DNA of 64,000 nucleotides from Thermoplasmata archaeon (GCA_021806135.1 JAJZYB010000003.1:24393-88392), one strand, 5' to 3'; positions 8,606-18,341 are shown, counted from the stretch's first letter. Numbers and translations: made by a program. Notes: a model not told the origin generated them from the sequence alone.

Positions 8606-9721
8606 TTGACCGGGCCGAGCCGGGAGATCCGTTGGCGCCTGGAAGGGGCCATCGTGGACGACGAAGGCATCGCCCCTGGCTACCTCCGGCTTGACGCCTC
8701 GGGCCGGATCGTCGAACGTGGGCAGCGGGGAACGGCAGGTCCCGGGCCGGGCGGGGAGCGCCGGGTCCGGGGGATCGTGCTCCCCTGGGGCGTGAACGGG
8801 CACACCCACCTCGCCGACGGGGTCTATCTCCGAGAGCCTCCTCCCCTCTCCCTGGCCCAACTCGTGGCCCCCCCCGGGGGGCTCAAGCACCGTCTTCTTG
8901 CAGAGACTCCCGACCCGGTCAAAGCGCGGAGCATCCGGGGGTCCCTCCATGCGATGGCTCGCGCTGGCGTTGCGGGCGTGGTCGACTTCCGGGAGGAGGG
9001 GATCCGGGGAGTTCGGATCCTCCGGGAAGCGGCCCGGGGGCTCCCCCTGCGGGTCTGGGCCCTGGGCCGTCCGTCCACCACCCCGACCAGTGTCGAGGAG
9101 CTCTCCGCGCTCCTGAAGGAGGCGGATGGACTGGGGCTGAGCTCGGTGAGGGACCTTCCCCCCGGGGAGGACCGCCGGCTCGCCAGCGCATGCCGGTCCG
9201 GTCATCGGCTCCTCGCCCTTCACGCGAGCGAAGGGGTCCGGGAGGAGCTCGGGCCGATCCTTCGGCTGAAGCCGGATCTCCTCGTCCACCTCTGCAAGGC
9301 CAGCGCCGGCGACCTGGACGACGTGCGGAGGGCCCGGGTGGGGGTGGCCGTCTGCCCCCGGTCCAACGCGCTCTTCCGTCGCTTCCCTCCCCTCGCCGCT
9401 CTCGAGGCCCGGGAGATCCCCTTCCTTCTGGGGACGGACAATGCCATGTTCGGGGCGCCCGACCTCTTCCGGGAGATGGAGTTCGCTTACTTGTCCGCCC
9501 GGTCCCGGGGCGAGCCGGTCCGTCCGGAGACCCTCGTCCGGGCCGTTTTCGTCAATCCGTGGAACGTCCTGGGGGACCCCCGACAGGCGTCCCTCGTCCC
9601 GGGCTCACCGGCGGGAACGATCCTGCTGAGGCTGCCGATCGAGGACCCGGCCTATCAGATCGTGGCCCGGGCAAGTCCCGGAAAGCTATTTGTCCCGCCC
9701 CGACCCGGCCCCTTCCCCTAG
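8606..9721 (+). CDS. Amidohydrolase-superfamily metalloenzyme (deaminase-like)
   Basis: NGHTHLAD, LHASE, LVHLC, VCPRSN, LGTDN metal-binding motifs. Confidence 0.88.
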   Translation: MTGPSREIRWRLEGAIVDDEGIAPGYLRLDASGRIVERGQRGTAGPGPGGERRVRGIVLPWGVNGHTHLADGVYLREPPPLSLAQLVAPPGGLKHRLLAETPDPVKARSIRGSLHAMARAGVAGVVDFREEGIRGVRILREAARGLPLRVWALGRPSTTPTSVEELSALLKEADGLGLSSVRDLPPGEDRRLASACRSGHRLLALHASEGVREELGPILRLKPDLLVHLCKASAGDLDDVRRARVGVAVCPRSNALFRRFPPLAALEAREIPFLLGTDNAMFGAPDLFREMEFAYLSARSRGEPVRPETLVRAVFVNPWNVLGDPRQASLVPGSPAGTILLRLPIEDPAYQIVARASPGKLFVPPRPGPFP

Positions 9722-9730
9722 GAGCCTTTC

Positions 9731-11248
9731 GTGCTGGCCGAGGAGCTGTTCGCGCTGTTCAAGCGGCGAGGGGTCCTCTGGCCGAGTGCCGAGATCTACG
9801 GCGGGGCCCAGGGGCTCTACGACTACGGTCCCTCCGGGCTCGCCCTGAAACGGAAGGTGGAGGAGGCCTGGGTCGGCTGGTTCCTGGGCCTCTCCTCCGA
9901 TTATTACCTCATCGACCCGGCCGAGCTCCTGCCGGAGGCGGTGGTCCGGGCGAGCGGACACCTGGAGAACTTCGCCGACCTCGAGGTGGTCTGCGAGAAG
10001 TGCCACACGGCTTCCCGGGCCGATGCCCTCCTGGAGGAACACGGTGTGACCAACGCCGAGGGCCTTCGGGTGGAGGAGGTCTCCGCGCTCCTGGCCGAGA
10101 AGGCGATCCCCTGTCCCCGCTGCGGGGAACGGGCCCTGAGCGTCCCCCGCCCGTTCAACCTGATGTTCTCCGTGGAGTTCGGGGCCGTGGGCCGCGAACG
10201 CGCCTACCTGCGGCCCGAGACCGCCCAGGGGAGCTACCTCTCGTTCGCCCGGATGTGGGAGGTGGGGCGTAAGCAACTGCCCCTGGGCCTGGCGGTGGTC
10301 GGAAAGGCGTTCCGCAACGAGATCGCCCCCCGGCAGGTGCTCTTCCGGATGCGGGAGTTCACCCAGGCCGAACTGCAGATCTTCTTCGATCCGGAGAGCT
10401 TTTCCGTCCCCTTGGAGAAGGTGAAGGACCTGTCCCTACCGGTGCTCCGGGCCGAGGCCCGTGCCCGCGGCGAGACCGAGGCCACCGGGACCGCCCCCTC
10501 CGATCTGGTCGCCGCCGGGCTTCCCGCGTTCTACGTCTACCATCTGGCACAGGAGTTCCGATTCTTCACCCGGGTGCTCCGCTACCCGGCGGACCGGCTC
10601 CGCTTCCTGGAGAAGAACGAGAAGGAGCGGGCCTTCTACAACCGGATCCACTTCGATCTGGAAGGGGATCTGCCGTCGCTGGGGGGGTTCCGGGAACTGG
10701 GTGCGCTCCACTATCGCGGGGACTACGACCTCGGGAGGCACAGCCAGGGGTCGGGGACCGACCTCTCCGTCACCACCGCCACCGGACGCCACGTGCTTCC
10801 GCACGTGCTCGAGCTCACCTTCGGCGTGGACCGGAACGTCTGGGCCTTGGGGGACCTTCACCTTTCCCGCGAAGGCCCCGGGACCCCGGGCGAGGAGGAG
10901 GCGCGAACGGTCTGGAAGCTCCCGGCCCACTTGGCCCCGACCCCGGTCGCGGTCCTTCCGCTCATGCGAAAGGAACACGGCCCCACGGCCGAAGCCTTGG
11001 CGCTGTCCTTCCGCGAGGCCGGGATCCCCGCGACCGTTGGATTGACCGCCTCCATCGGGAAACGGTACGCACGGGAGGACGAGCTCGGGACCCCCTTCTG
11101 CCTCACCGTGGACGCCACCACCCTCGCGGACGGGACCGTGACGGTCCGGGACCGGGACACCCGAAAGCAGGAACGGCGCCCCATGGAGGGGCTCCCCGAG
11201 CACCTCCGGCCCGCTTTTTTCCTTCCCCGCCCATGGAAAACGGCCTGA
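9731..11248 (+). CDS. glyS: Glycine--tRNA ligase (archaeal/eukaryotic homodimeric type)
   Basis: EIYGG, YDYGPSG, ASGHLENFAD, YLRPETAQG, FRNEIAPR, FRMREFTQAE, SIGKRYAREDELGTPF. Confidence 0.96.
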   Translation: MLAEELFALFKRRGVLWPSAEIYGGAQGLYDYGPSGLALKRKVEEAWVGWFLGLSSDYYLIDPAELLPEAVVRASGHLENFADLEVVCEKCHTASRADALLEEHGVTNAEGLRVEEVSALLAEKAIPCPRCGERALSVPRPFNLMFSVEFGAVGRERAYLRPETAQGSYLSFARMWEVGRKQLPLGLAVVGKAFRNEIAPRQVLFRMREFTQAELQIFFDPESFSVPLEKVKDLSLPVLRAEARARGETEATGTAPSDLVAAGLPAFYVYHLAQEFRFFTRVLRYPADRLRFLEKNEKERAFYNRIHFDLEGDLPSLGGFRELGALHYRGDYDLGRHSQGSGTDLSVTTATGRHVLPHVLELTFGVDRNVWALGDLHLSREGPGTPGEEEARTVWKLPAHLAPTPVAVLPLMRKEHGPTAEALALSFREAGIPATVGLTASIGKRYAREDELGTPFCLTVDATTLADGTVTVRDRDTRKQERRPMEGLPEHLRPAFFLPRPWKTA

Positions 11249-11316
11249 CCGGGGGCTTCCGGTACCCGGGCCGGCTCAACGCTACGGATTTATCTCCAAG
11301 GAGCGATAGGCCATCT

Positions 11317-11928
11317 ATGGTCTCTGGCAACGAACCCCCCCCACCGCCGTCCCCTGCCGGGAACGCCCCTCCCCCTTCTGCACGGGCCGTGGTGGAGGGG
11401 GCGCGCCTGTCGCGGGTGTCGAGCCAGGGGTTCGCCGACATCTCGAAACTTCGCCAGGAATCGGCCAAGTTCGAGCGGCGGGCCTACAAGATGCGCCAGA
11501 AGGCCGCCCACCACACGACCCAGATGGAGAAGCACCGGCACCGGGCCACCATCTACCGGGAGCGTGAGCAGGGGCTTCTGGCCCGGGTCCCCACCCTGGA
11601 GCAGGAGATGGGCGAGCTCGAAAAGGAGTTGCGGGCGGGCGCCGCCGGGGCGGGGACCGGGGCGGTGCGGGCCCAGGACCAGTCCCGGATCCACGTGAAG
11701 ATCCGCAAGATCCAGGAGCGGATCGCGGGCCTGCAACGCAAGGCGAAGGACAACGAGCATCGGGCATCCATGCAGATGCAGGCCGCTTCGGAACAGAAGG
11801 TCCAGGCGGACATGTTCACCGAACGGGCCAAGGTGTTGGAGGCGGAGGCCGCCGCCTTCACCCAGCGGGCGGACCGGATGCAACGGGCCGCCGAGACCGA
11901 GCCTGCCAATCCGATGGCCGGGCACTGA
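11317..11928 (+). CDS. Hypothetical coiled-coil protein
   Basis: Q/E/K/R/A-rich helical sequence with host-like codon usage; TTTAT about 25 nt upstream of ATG 11317. Confidence 0.75.
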   Translation: MVSGNEPPPPPSPAGNAPPPSARAVVEGARLSRVSSQGFADISKLRQESAKFERRAYKMRQKAAHHTTQMEKHRHRATIYREREQGLLARVPTLEQEMGELEKELRAGAAGAGTGAVRAQDQSRIHVKIRKIQERIAGLQRKAKDNEHRASMQMQAASEQKVQADMFTERAKVLEAEAAAFTQRADRMQRAAETEPANPMAGH

Positions 11929-11945
11929 GGACCGTGCCCGGCGCC

Positions 11946-12494
11946 ATGAAACTCGTGGTCACTGTGGGCATGCCGGGCTCGGGCAAGGACGAGCTGGTGA
12001 AGGTGGGCCAGGAGCTCGGGCTGAGCGTCATCAAGATGGGGGACCTGGTCCGGGACGAGACCCGGCGCCGGGGGATGGCGCTCAACGGGCCGAACATCGC
12101 CCGGGTCGCCAATGAGGAACGGGAGAGGCATGGCCCCTCAGTCTGGGCCAAGCGGGCGATCCCGCTCATCGGGGAGACCAAGGTCCTGGTCGATGGCTGC
12201 CGGGGGGACCAGGAAGTGAACGTGTTCCGGCACAACTTCGGGGACCTGACCGTGGTGGGGATCTACGCGTCCCCGGAGACCCGGTTCGAGCGGCTGAGCC
12301 GGCGGGGACGGGGCGACGACGGGATGAATCTGGAGGACTTCTCCGAACGGGACCGCCGGGAGCTCAAGTGGGGGATCGGGAACGCCTTCGTTCTCGCGGA
12401 CCGGATGCTGATCAACGAGGGACCCCTCGAGGAGTTCCGTCGTCAGGCGCGGGACCTCCTGAAGGCGATCCTCGCCCGCGAGGAAGAGGATTGA
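11946..12494 (+). CDS. Archaeal dephospho-CoA-kinase-like P-loop kinase (UPF0200-like)
   Basis: VGMPGSGK, MGDLVR, VDGCRG, R.R.DD, ERDRRELKWGIG. Confidence 0.85.
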   Translation: MKLVVTVGMPGSGKDELVKVGQELGLSVIKMGDLVRDETRRRGMALNGPNIARVANEERERHGPSVWAKRAIPLIGETKVLVDGCRGDQEVNVFRHNFGDLTVVGIYASPETRFERLSRRGRGDDGMNLEDFSERDRRELKWGIGNAFVLADRMLINEGPLEEFRRQARDLLKAILAREEED

Positions 12495-13021
12495 CCCCGG
12501 GCACCCCAACGGGCCGGCTCATCCTGCTCCGTCACGCTCCCGCGGCTCCCCGGGACCCCCGGCGTTGGCCCGACGACCGGGACCGTCCCCTCTCCGACGA
12601 GGGGGCGGAGGATTTCCTGGGGGCGGCCCGCGGCCTGAGCCGGCTGCTCTCGGAGGAGGGAGAGATCCTGACGAGCGCTCTACGTCGGGCCCGGCAGACC
12701 GCCGCGCTGCTCCACCGGGCCTGGAAGGGCTCTTCCTCCCCTCGCCTCTTCCCTCCCTTGAACGAGACGGGCGACTCCGGGGGCCTCCTCGCGGCGCTCG
12801 GTCGACGGCCCTGGCGCGGGGATCGGGTCCTGGTCGGGCATGAACCCCAACTGGTGGGCCTGGTGGGGCTCGCCCTGACCGGAGAGGCCATCCCCGTGGT
12901 GGACCTCTCCCGGGGCGGGGCCATCGCCCTGGCCTTCTCCGGTCCCCCCGGCCCCCAGCGGGGGACCCTTCTCTGGGGGCTCAGCCGGAAGCAGCTGCGT
13001 CTGCTGGGCGAGCAGGAGTAA
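12491..13021 (+). CDS. sixA: SixA-like phosphohistidine phosphatase
   Basis: LLRHA...D.DRPLSDEG, TSALRRARQTA, LVGHEP. The TTG start overlaps the upstream stop. Confidence 0.85.
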   Translation: MTPGTPTGRLILLRHAPAAPRDPRRWPDDRDRPLSDEGAEDFLGAARGLSRLLSEEGEILTSALRRARQTAALLHRAWKGSSSPRLFPPLNETGDSGGLLAALGRRPWRGDRVLVGHEPQLVGLVGLALTGEAIPVVDLSRGGAIALAFSGPPGPQRGTLLWGLSRKQLRLLGEQE

Positions 13022-13057
13022 GGGGTGGGACCCCCGACCGGGTCCGCCGGTGGAGAG

Positions 13058-14428
13058 ATGGCGAAAGACCCGCAGGCCGCTCCGCGGGGGCGACCGTTGC
13101 CGGTGTATGTGTTCCCCTGCCGGATCCAGCAGGGGCTCGGGGAATGGGTGGAGACCGCCCGGGCGGTCCGCCTCCTCCCCCGGGCCGGATACCCCCTCTA
13201 TCACCTGAGGTCTGCCCTGCCGCAGGGGGAGTCTCGCCGCGACCCCCGGGCGGTGCCGCTGGACCCCAGCCGGAAGGGAACGGAGCCGTTTCCCCCGGTT
13301 CGGGCCCTTGCCACTCCGGTACGGGCCCCGCGTGCCGTAGCCGTGGTCACCTGGTTCGGCGTCACCGCCCGGCGGGTGGATTCCGCGGGGGACCCGATGC
13401 CGGGCCCGTTGGCCGACCGGTTCGAGCGGCTTCGGGAGGCCCACCCCGAAGGGCTCCTCGTCCTCAGCCTGGAGGAGTTCGGGACCGCCCGGACCTCACG
13501 GGAAGCGATGACGGAGGGCCTACGGCAGGCCGGGTTCACCGGCGAGCAGATCCGGCAACGGCTCAGGACCCCGGGAGGGACGGACCACCTCCGGCGTTAC
13601 CGGGAGGCGTTCCGGCAGGCGCGGGCCGGCGAGCGGGACGACGTGCTGCACCTCTTTCCGGAGTTCTCCCCCTCCCTCCCCGCGCTCCGGGAGTTCCCGT
13701 TCGCGCTGCCGATCGGTCCCTTCTCGCCCCCGGGGGACGGCCTTCGCCCCTGGCGCCCCTCCATCCCCCGACGGCCGCTCCGGGTGGTCTGGTACGCCAG
13801 CGCGTCCAGTGCCCCCCGCCTGATGGCCCCGCTCCTCGACGCCCTGGGAGACCTCTCCCGCCCGGTGGACCTTGCCGTCCGCCCCGGCCCGTCCTGGGGA
13901 CCGTTCGTCCTCCCCTCGGCCCGGCCCCGTTCCGTTCAGGTCACCGGGCTGGCCCCCGAAGGACGGCGACGTTGGGAGCAACGGCTTCGCCGTGCGGACC
14001 TGAGGGTGGTGGGGGGGAGCCAGAGCCTCCTCGAGGCCATCTCCGGCTCGGTACCCTTCCTCTACTTCAACGGCGCGCTCTCGACCCCTTCCGGAGGATC
14101 CGTGGGATTCCGGCGGGAGAAACTGCTCTCCTTCCTCCGGGGGTCCGCCCACCGGCCGGCGGAACGGCAGGTGGCCCGGGACCTGAGAGCCTTCGCCGAC
14201 CTTCGGGGGATCCCCGGGGTGGTCCGCCGCGCGGCCGGGTCCCCGGCCTGGCGTTCCAGTTGCGTGCGGATGGAGCGGAACGCCGGGAAGAGCTTCCCGG
14301 TCCCGCTGAGGGTCGGGGAACGCTACGTCCTGCGCCTCATCCGGGCCTTCGAGGGAACGGACGAACCGGTCCCCCGGTTCGTCCAGAGGACCCGGGCCTG
14401 GCACCGCCATGCGCTCGGGGCGGGCTGA
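13058..14428 (+). CDS. Hypothetical protein, probable GT-B glycosyltransferase resembling EarP
   Basis: Colinear motif similarity to EarP by eye (see findings). Confidence 0.5.
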   Translation: MAKDPQAAPRGRPLPVYVFPCRIQQGLGEWVETARAVRLLPRAGYPLYHLRSALPQGESRRDPRAVPLDPSRKGTEPFPPVRALATPVRAPRAVAVVTWFGVTARRVDSAGDPMPGPLADRFERLREAHPEGLLVLSLEEFGTARTSREAMTEGLRQAGFTGEQIRQRLRTPGGTDHLRRYREAFRQARAGERDDVLHLFPEFSPSLPALREFPFALPIGPFSPPGDGLRPWRPSIPRRPLRVVWYASASSAPRLMAPLLDALGDLSRPVDLAVRPGPSWGPFVLPSARPRSVQVTGLAPEGRRRWEQRLRRADLRVVGGSQSLLEAISGSVPFLYFNGALSTPSGGSVGFRREKLLSFLRGSAHRPAERQVARDLRAFADLRGIPGVVRRAAGSPAWRSSCVRMERNAGKSFPVPLRVGERYVLRLIRAFEGTDEPVPRFVQRTRAWHRHALGAG

Positions 14429-14443
14429 CCGGGGGAGAAGGGA

Positions 14444-15277
14444 TCACCGGCTCCCCGGGCCGGAGAGGGCGGAGAGGATCCGGGCGAGCCGGCGGCGTTC
14501 CTCCGCCCGGAACGCGCTGTCCAGGTCCTCCTCCGAGGGAGAGGGGAGCCGGACGATCCACCGGCGGAGGACCTCCACGTCGTGGAGCCGTCCCAGTTCA
14601 CGCTGGATCCAGTCGGGGGAGCCCCGGCGGGCGGCCGGGCCGGTCCGGGCGAGGGCGGGCAACGTCCCGGCGAGGAGGGCCTGGTTGCGGAGGGCCCGAC
14701 GGAGCCGGTGAAGCCTTCGGGAGGAGGGACGGCGCCGGGCCCGCTTGAGCGCCCGGCGGGTGCGGTGGGACCGGAAGCGCTGCTCTTGCTCGAGCGCCCG
14801 CCGGAAGGAGGGGGGGCCGGCCTTGAGCCGGCTCCAGGCCCTGCGTTCCCAACGGAGCCCCCGGCGGAAGCCCGTGCTCGTGAGGAGGGTCTGGAGAAGG
14901 GCACGGCCCACCTCCTCTTCCCGGCGGAGCAGGTGATGGGCGAGCTCCAGGGTCACCGCCGGGATCCGGGAGGAGATCTCGGGTCGGTCGAGGAGCTCTC
15001 CCACCACGGTCCGGTCCCGCAGCTCGCCGACCCGCCGGGCCATCCGGGAGACCCGTTCCCGCTCGGTCCTCGCCCTGGCGCGCTCCCCACCGCAGGAGAG
15101 ACGGGCCAGCAGCCCGAGGTCCACCCGCAGGGCGCGGAGCTCCCGGTGGAGGCCGTGGACCTCCTCGCCCGTGAGCCCCTCGGGCCGGTCCGCTTTGGAG
15201 AGGAGCCCCTCCAACCGGTCGAGCCGCCCCAGGCCGCTGCGCCGGAGCCCCGCAAGGGTGGCGGTCTCTCGCGGCAC
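14444..15277 (-). CDS. CHAD-domain polyphosphate-binding protein
   Basis: Arg-rich helical protein with two CHAD halves: VHGLHRELRALR...GELRD and LHRLRRALR...QRELGRLHD. Confidence 0.85.
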   Translation of the reverse strand: MPRETATLAGLRRSGLGRLDRLEGLLSKADRPEGLTGEEVHGLHRELRALRVDLGLLARLSCGGERARARTERERVSRMARRVGELRDRTVVGELLDRPEISSRIPAVTLELAHHLLRREEEVGRALLQTLLTSTGFRRGLRWERRAWSRLKAGPPSFRRALEQEQRFRSHRTRRALKRARRRPSSRRLHRLRRALRNQALLAGTLPALARTGPAARRGSPDWIQRELGRLHDVEVLRRWIVRLPSPSEEDLDSAFRAEERRRLARILSALSGPGSR

Positions 15278-15280
15278 GGG

Positions 15281-15991
15281 CTAGGCCCGGGAAGTGAAGA
15301 GCGAGCGGACAGCGGCACTGACCTCGGCATGCACCGCACCGGGGGTGCGGTTCCCGTTCACGGGGACGAACCCGTACTCCCGGGCCATCCAATCGAACTC
15401 CTTGCGTAAAAGGGCCTGGAAGGCGAAGAAGCTCTCGAACCGGTCCCGGGAGAGACCCAGGTCCATCCCCGACTCCCAGTAGTCCAGCGACCCGTAGCGG
15501 GCGAAGGCCCGGTGCAGGAGCAGTTCCTCCCGGGTGTCTAGGAAGACGGTGAGGTCCGGCTTGAGCGCGAAGGAGTAGAGCCGACGGGCCCACGCCCGGG
15601 GTGCGCCCCGGACGATGGCCCGCGCCATGAGGGTGTAGATGTAGCGGTCCGCGAGCACCACCGAGCCGGAGGCCAGGGCCGGGATGATCTTGTTCTCGAG
15701 CTGGTCCGCAAAGTCCACGGCATAGAACAGGGCCATGGTGGTGGCGCCCAAAACGTGCCCCTGCTTGGCCTGGTCGATCTCCTCGCTGACCAGGGTCGAG
15801 CGGCGCAGCCCGGTGTCCACCACCGCGTGGCCCTGGATCTCGAGGTCCTCCTTGAGCAGGGAGCACTCCGTGGTCCGGCCGGAGCCGTCGGCCCCCTCCA
15901 CCACGATGAGCTTACCCTGGAGCCGGCGGAAGGGGACGCCCGGCAGCCGGGTGCCGAAGGTTCGCTCCGGGGGGGCCACCCTAGGCGTCAT
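15281..15991 (-). CDS. Thymidylate-kinase-like protein (likely polyphosphate kinase subunit, P-loop K->R)
   Basis: VEGADGSGRTT, YAVDFADQLE, LADRYIYT, ESGMDL. Start at ATG 15991. Lies in the ppx/CHAD operon. Confidence 0.8.
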   Translation of the reverse strand: MTPRVAPPERTFGTRLPGVPFRRLQGKLIVVEGADGSGRTTECSLLKEDLEIQGHAVVDTGLRRSTLVSEEIDQAKQGHVLGATTMALFYAVDFADQLENKIIPALASGSVVLADRYIYTLMARAIVRGAPRAWARRLYSFALKPDLTVFLDTREELLLHRAFARYGSLDYWESGMDLGLSRDRFESFFAFQALLRKEFDWMAREYGFVPVNGNRTPGAVHAEVSAAVRSLFTSRA

Positions 15992-16682
15992 GGAGCAACG
16001 ACTCCTCCTTCGGGAAGCCCGACAGGTGGGGGGCGAGCCGGCGCCGGACCTCCCGTTGGAGCACCTCGATCCCCCGGCCGGCGCGGATGACCTCAAAGTG
16101 CTCCGTCCGGGCGAGCCGGTCGTACTCGCGCTTGAGCATCCCCTGGAAGCGACGGTAGCTCTCCCCCACGTTGTCGGAGAGCTTCAGGTCCATGCCCGCC
16201 TCGTAGTAGCTGATCTTGTCCCGGGAGACCTTCTTGCGCTGGAAGGTGGTCTCCACCGGGACCTGGAAGTAGAAGGTGAGGTCGGGAGCCTGGGCAAAGG
16301 AGTAGAGGCTCCGGACCCAGCCGGGGTCGCAACCCCGGGCCACGTCCCGGCTGAAGGCCGTGTAGATGTACCGGTCGCAGATGACCACGTAGCCGGCCCG
16401 AAGCGGGGGCAGGATGTGCCGTTCGTACCGGTCCGCGAAGTCCGTGGCGTGAAGCAGCGAGAAGGTGGTGGGGGTGAGGAGCCCCCGCTTCTTGCCCCGG
16501 CGGATGATGGCCGCCACCAGGTCCGAGGAGTTCCACTCGGTGAAGAAGACCCGGTGGCCCTGGGACCCGAGCCACTTCCTCAGCAGCTGGGCCTGGGTGG
16601 ACTTTCCGCTCCCATCCAGCCCTTCGAAGACCACCAGGCAGCCAGGTCGGGTACCGGGAGCGCCATCAGCGGAGGATACCAA
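15981..16682 (-). CDS. Thymidylate-kinase-like protein (likely polyphosphate kinase subunit, canonical P-loop)
   Basis: FEGLDGSGKST, TEWNSS, HATDFADRYE, CDRYIYT, YEAGMDL. Confidence 0.82.
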   Translation of the reverse strand: MVSSADGAPGTRPGCLVVFEGLDGSGKSTQAQLLRKWLGSQGHRVFFTEWNSSDLVAAIIRRGKKRGLLTPTTFSLLHATDFADRYERHILPPLRAGYVVICDRYIYTAFSRDVARGCDPGWVRSLYSFAQAPDLTFYFQVPVETTFQRKKVSRDKISYYEAGMDLKLSDNVGESYRRFQGMLKREYDRLARTEHFEVIRAGRGIEVLQREVRRRLAPHLSGFPKEESLLHDA

Positions 16683-18261
16683 GGCGCACCTCCATGTCGA
16701 ATGCCCTCTTGAAGAAGCGCTTGGCGCGCTGGAAGGAGCGGGGAGAGGGGGGGATCCCCCGGGCGAGCCGGACGAAGAGCAGCGGTCCCCTCAGGGAGAC
16801 CTGCGGTCGGGGCCGGCCCTCGGCCAGGGCCTCCGCGATCGCGAGCATCGCCCCCAACCGATGGACGGAGGGAAGGTCGTCGGCCCCGAGGACCGGGCGT
16901 AGTCCGGGGAGCTCGTCCTCCCGGGTCTCGTCCCCCTCGTGCTGGGCCACCGCGAGGGAGGCCAGCAGGAGCTCCCGATGGGTGAGGCCGTAGAGCGGGT
17001 GGTTCTCCACCAGGTAGCTCGAGTGCTTCGGATGCTCCGGGTAGGAGATCACGGTCCCGCTGTCGTGGAGCAACGCGGCCACCTCCAGGGCGAGGCGTTC
17101 CTCGTCCCCCAGCCCGTGCCGGGAACGCAGGAGGTCGAAGAGGCTCAGCGTCATCTGCCGGACCCGACCCCCGTGCCCGAAGGAGAGATGGAACCCCCAG
17201 GCCATGGATTGGGCGCTGCCCAAGGTGAGGTCCCGCCGGGAGAGGGGAGCCGGCCGGCCCAGCAGCTCCTGGGCGAGCCCCTCCCGGATGCCGCAGGCGC
17301 TCACCGTGAAGCGCTTCAGGGTGACCCGGCGGAGGAGCCGGGAGATCACCACCAGGCCGGCAAGGATGATGTCGGAGCGGTCCGCGCTCAGTCCGGGGAC
17401 GTTCCGTCGTTCCTCGGAGGGAAGCTCTGAGAGCCGGGCGGTCTCGGAGAGGAGGAACCGACGGCCCACCTCGAGCCCGTGGACCCGGACCAGCGGATAG
17501 TGGCGGGAGGCCTGGAGGAGATGGCCGGTGGCCCGGAACGTGCCCCCCACTCCCACCAGCCGGCTGGGCAACGGGTCGGCCCAGCCGATCCCGTCCTCCA
17601 AGGTGGCGTCCACGTAGTCCCGCAGCGCCTGGAGCTCCCGGCGCTTCGGGGGGTCGTGCGGCAGGAACTCCCGGTGCATCCGGAGGGCCCCCAAGGGAAG
17701 GGAGACCACATGGACCGGGTTGCCGGAACGGATCCGCAGGAGCTGCAAGGTGCCGCCGCCCAGGTCGGCCACCAGGTCGTCCCCCAGGGTGAGGGAACTG
17801 CGGACCCCCAGGTAGGCGTAGCGCGCCTCTTCCTCCCCGGAGATCACCCGGAGCGGGAGGGTGGTCCGCTGTCGGACCTGGGAAAGGAAGGAGCTCTTGT
17901 TGACCGCCTGCCGGACCACGCCGGTGGCCACGGCCGCCCGGCGACGGACGCCCCGGTCGTCGAGGATCTTCTGGAACCGCTCCAGGGTCTCCAAGGCTCC
18001 GCGCTGGGCCGGGCGGGTGAGCCGGCCCCGTTCGTCGATGCCCGTGGCGAGGCGGGGGAGCTCCTTGCTCTCGTAGACGATCCAGGGGGGGCCCATGGGG
18101 GCGGCCGCGTAGATGGCCAGACGGGCGGAGTTGGAACCTAAGTCCACCACGCCGATCTCCTCCGCGCCATGGGCCAGGGGGGTGACCCCCAGTTCGGTCC
18201 GTGCGGTCCCCCGTCCGGTCCGGGGGATGGGCTCGGGGAAGTGGACCTGGCGCGCGGTCAT
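16666..18261 (-). CDS. ppx: Exopolyphosphatase Ppx/GppA
   Basis: VDLGSNSARL, ATGVVR, ISGEEEARY, DLGGGTLQ, GVGGT, GIREG, C-terminal HD domain (ALLHDSG). Start placed at ATG 18261. Confidence 0.93.
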   Translation of the reverse strand: MTARQVHFPEPIPRTGRGTARTELGVTPLAHGAEEIGVVDLGSNSARLAIYAAAPMGPPWIVYESKELPRLATGIDERGRLTRPAQRGALETLERFQKILDDRGVRRRAAVATGVVRQAVNKSSFLSQVRQRTTLPLRVISGEEEARYAYLGVRSSLTLGDDLVADLGGGTLQLLRIRSGNPVHVVSLPLGALRMHREFLPHDPPKRRELQALRDYVDATLEDGIGWADPLPSRLVGVGGTFRATGHLLQASRHYPLVRVHGLEVGRRFLLSETARLSELPSEERRNVPGLSADRSDIILAGLVVISRLLRRVTLKRFTVSACGIREGLAQELLGRPAPLSRRDLTLGSAQSMAWGFHLSFGHGGRVRQMTLSLFDLLRSRHGLGDEERLALEVAALLHDSGTVISYPEHPKHSSYLVENHPLYGLTHRELLLASLAVAQHEGDETREDELPGLRPVLGADDLPSVHRLGAMLAIAEALAEGRPRPQVSLRGPLLFVRLARGIPPSPRSFQRAKRFFKRAFDMEVRLGILR

Positions 18262-18341
18262 GGAGTTCCCCGCCCCGGTGCAGGAGGGGTTCGTGCGCTG
18301 CCGGCCGGTCGGGCCGGAAAGCACGGGCATCCTCCCCCCAT

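Noticed and set aside
15281-16682. Annotation as duplicated tmk genes
   Set aside because: The context (ppx, CHAD) and shared non-Tmk motifs (DFAD, E.GMDL) point to polyphosphate metabolism, so no gene symbol was assigned.
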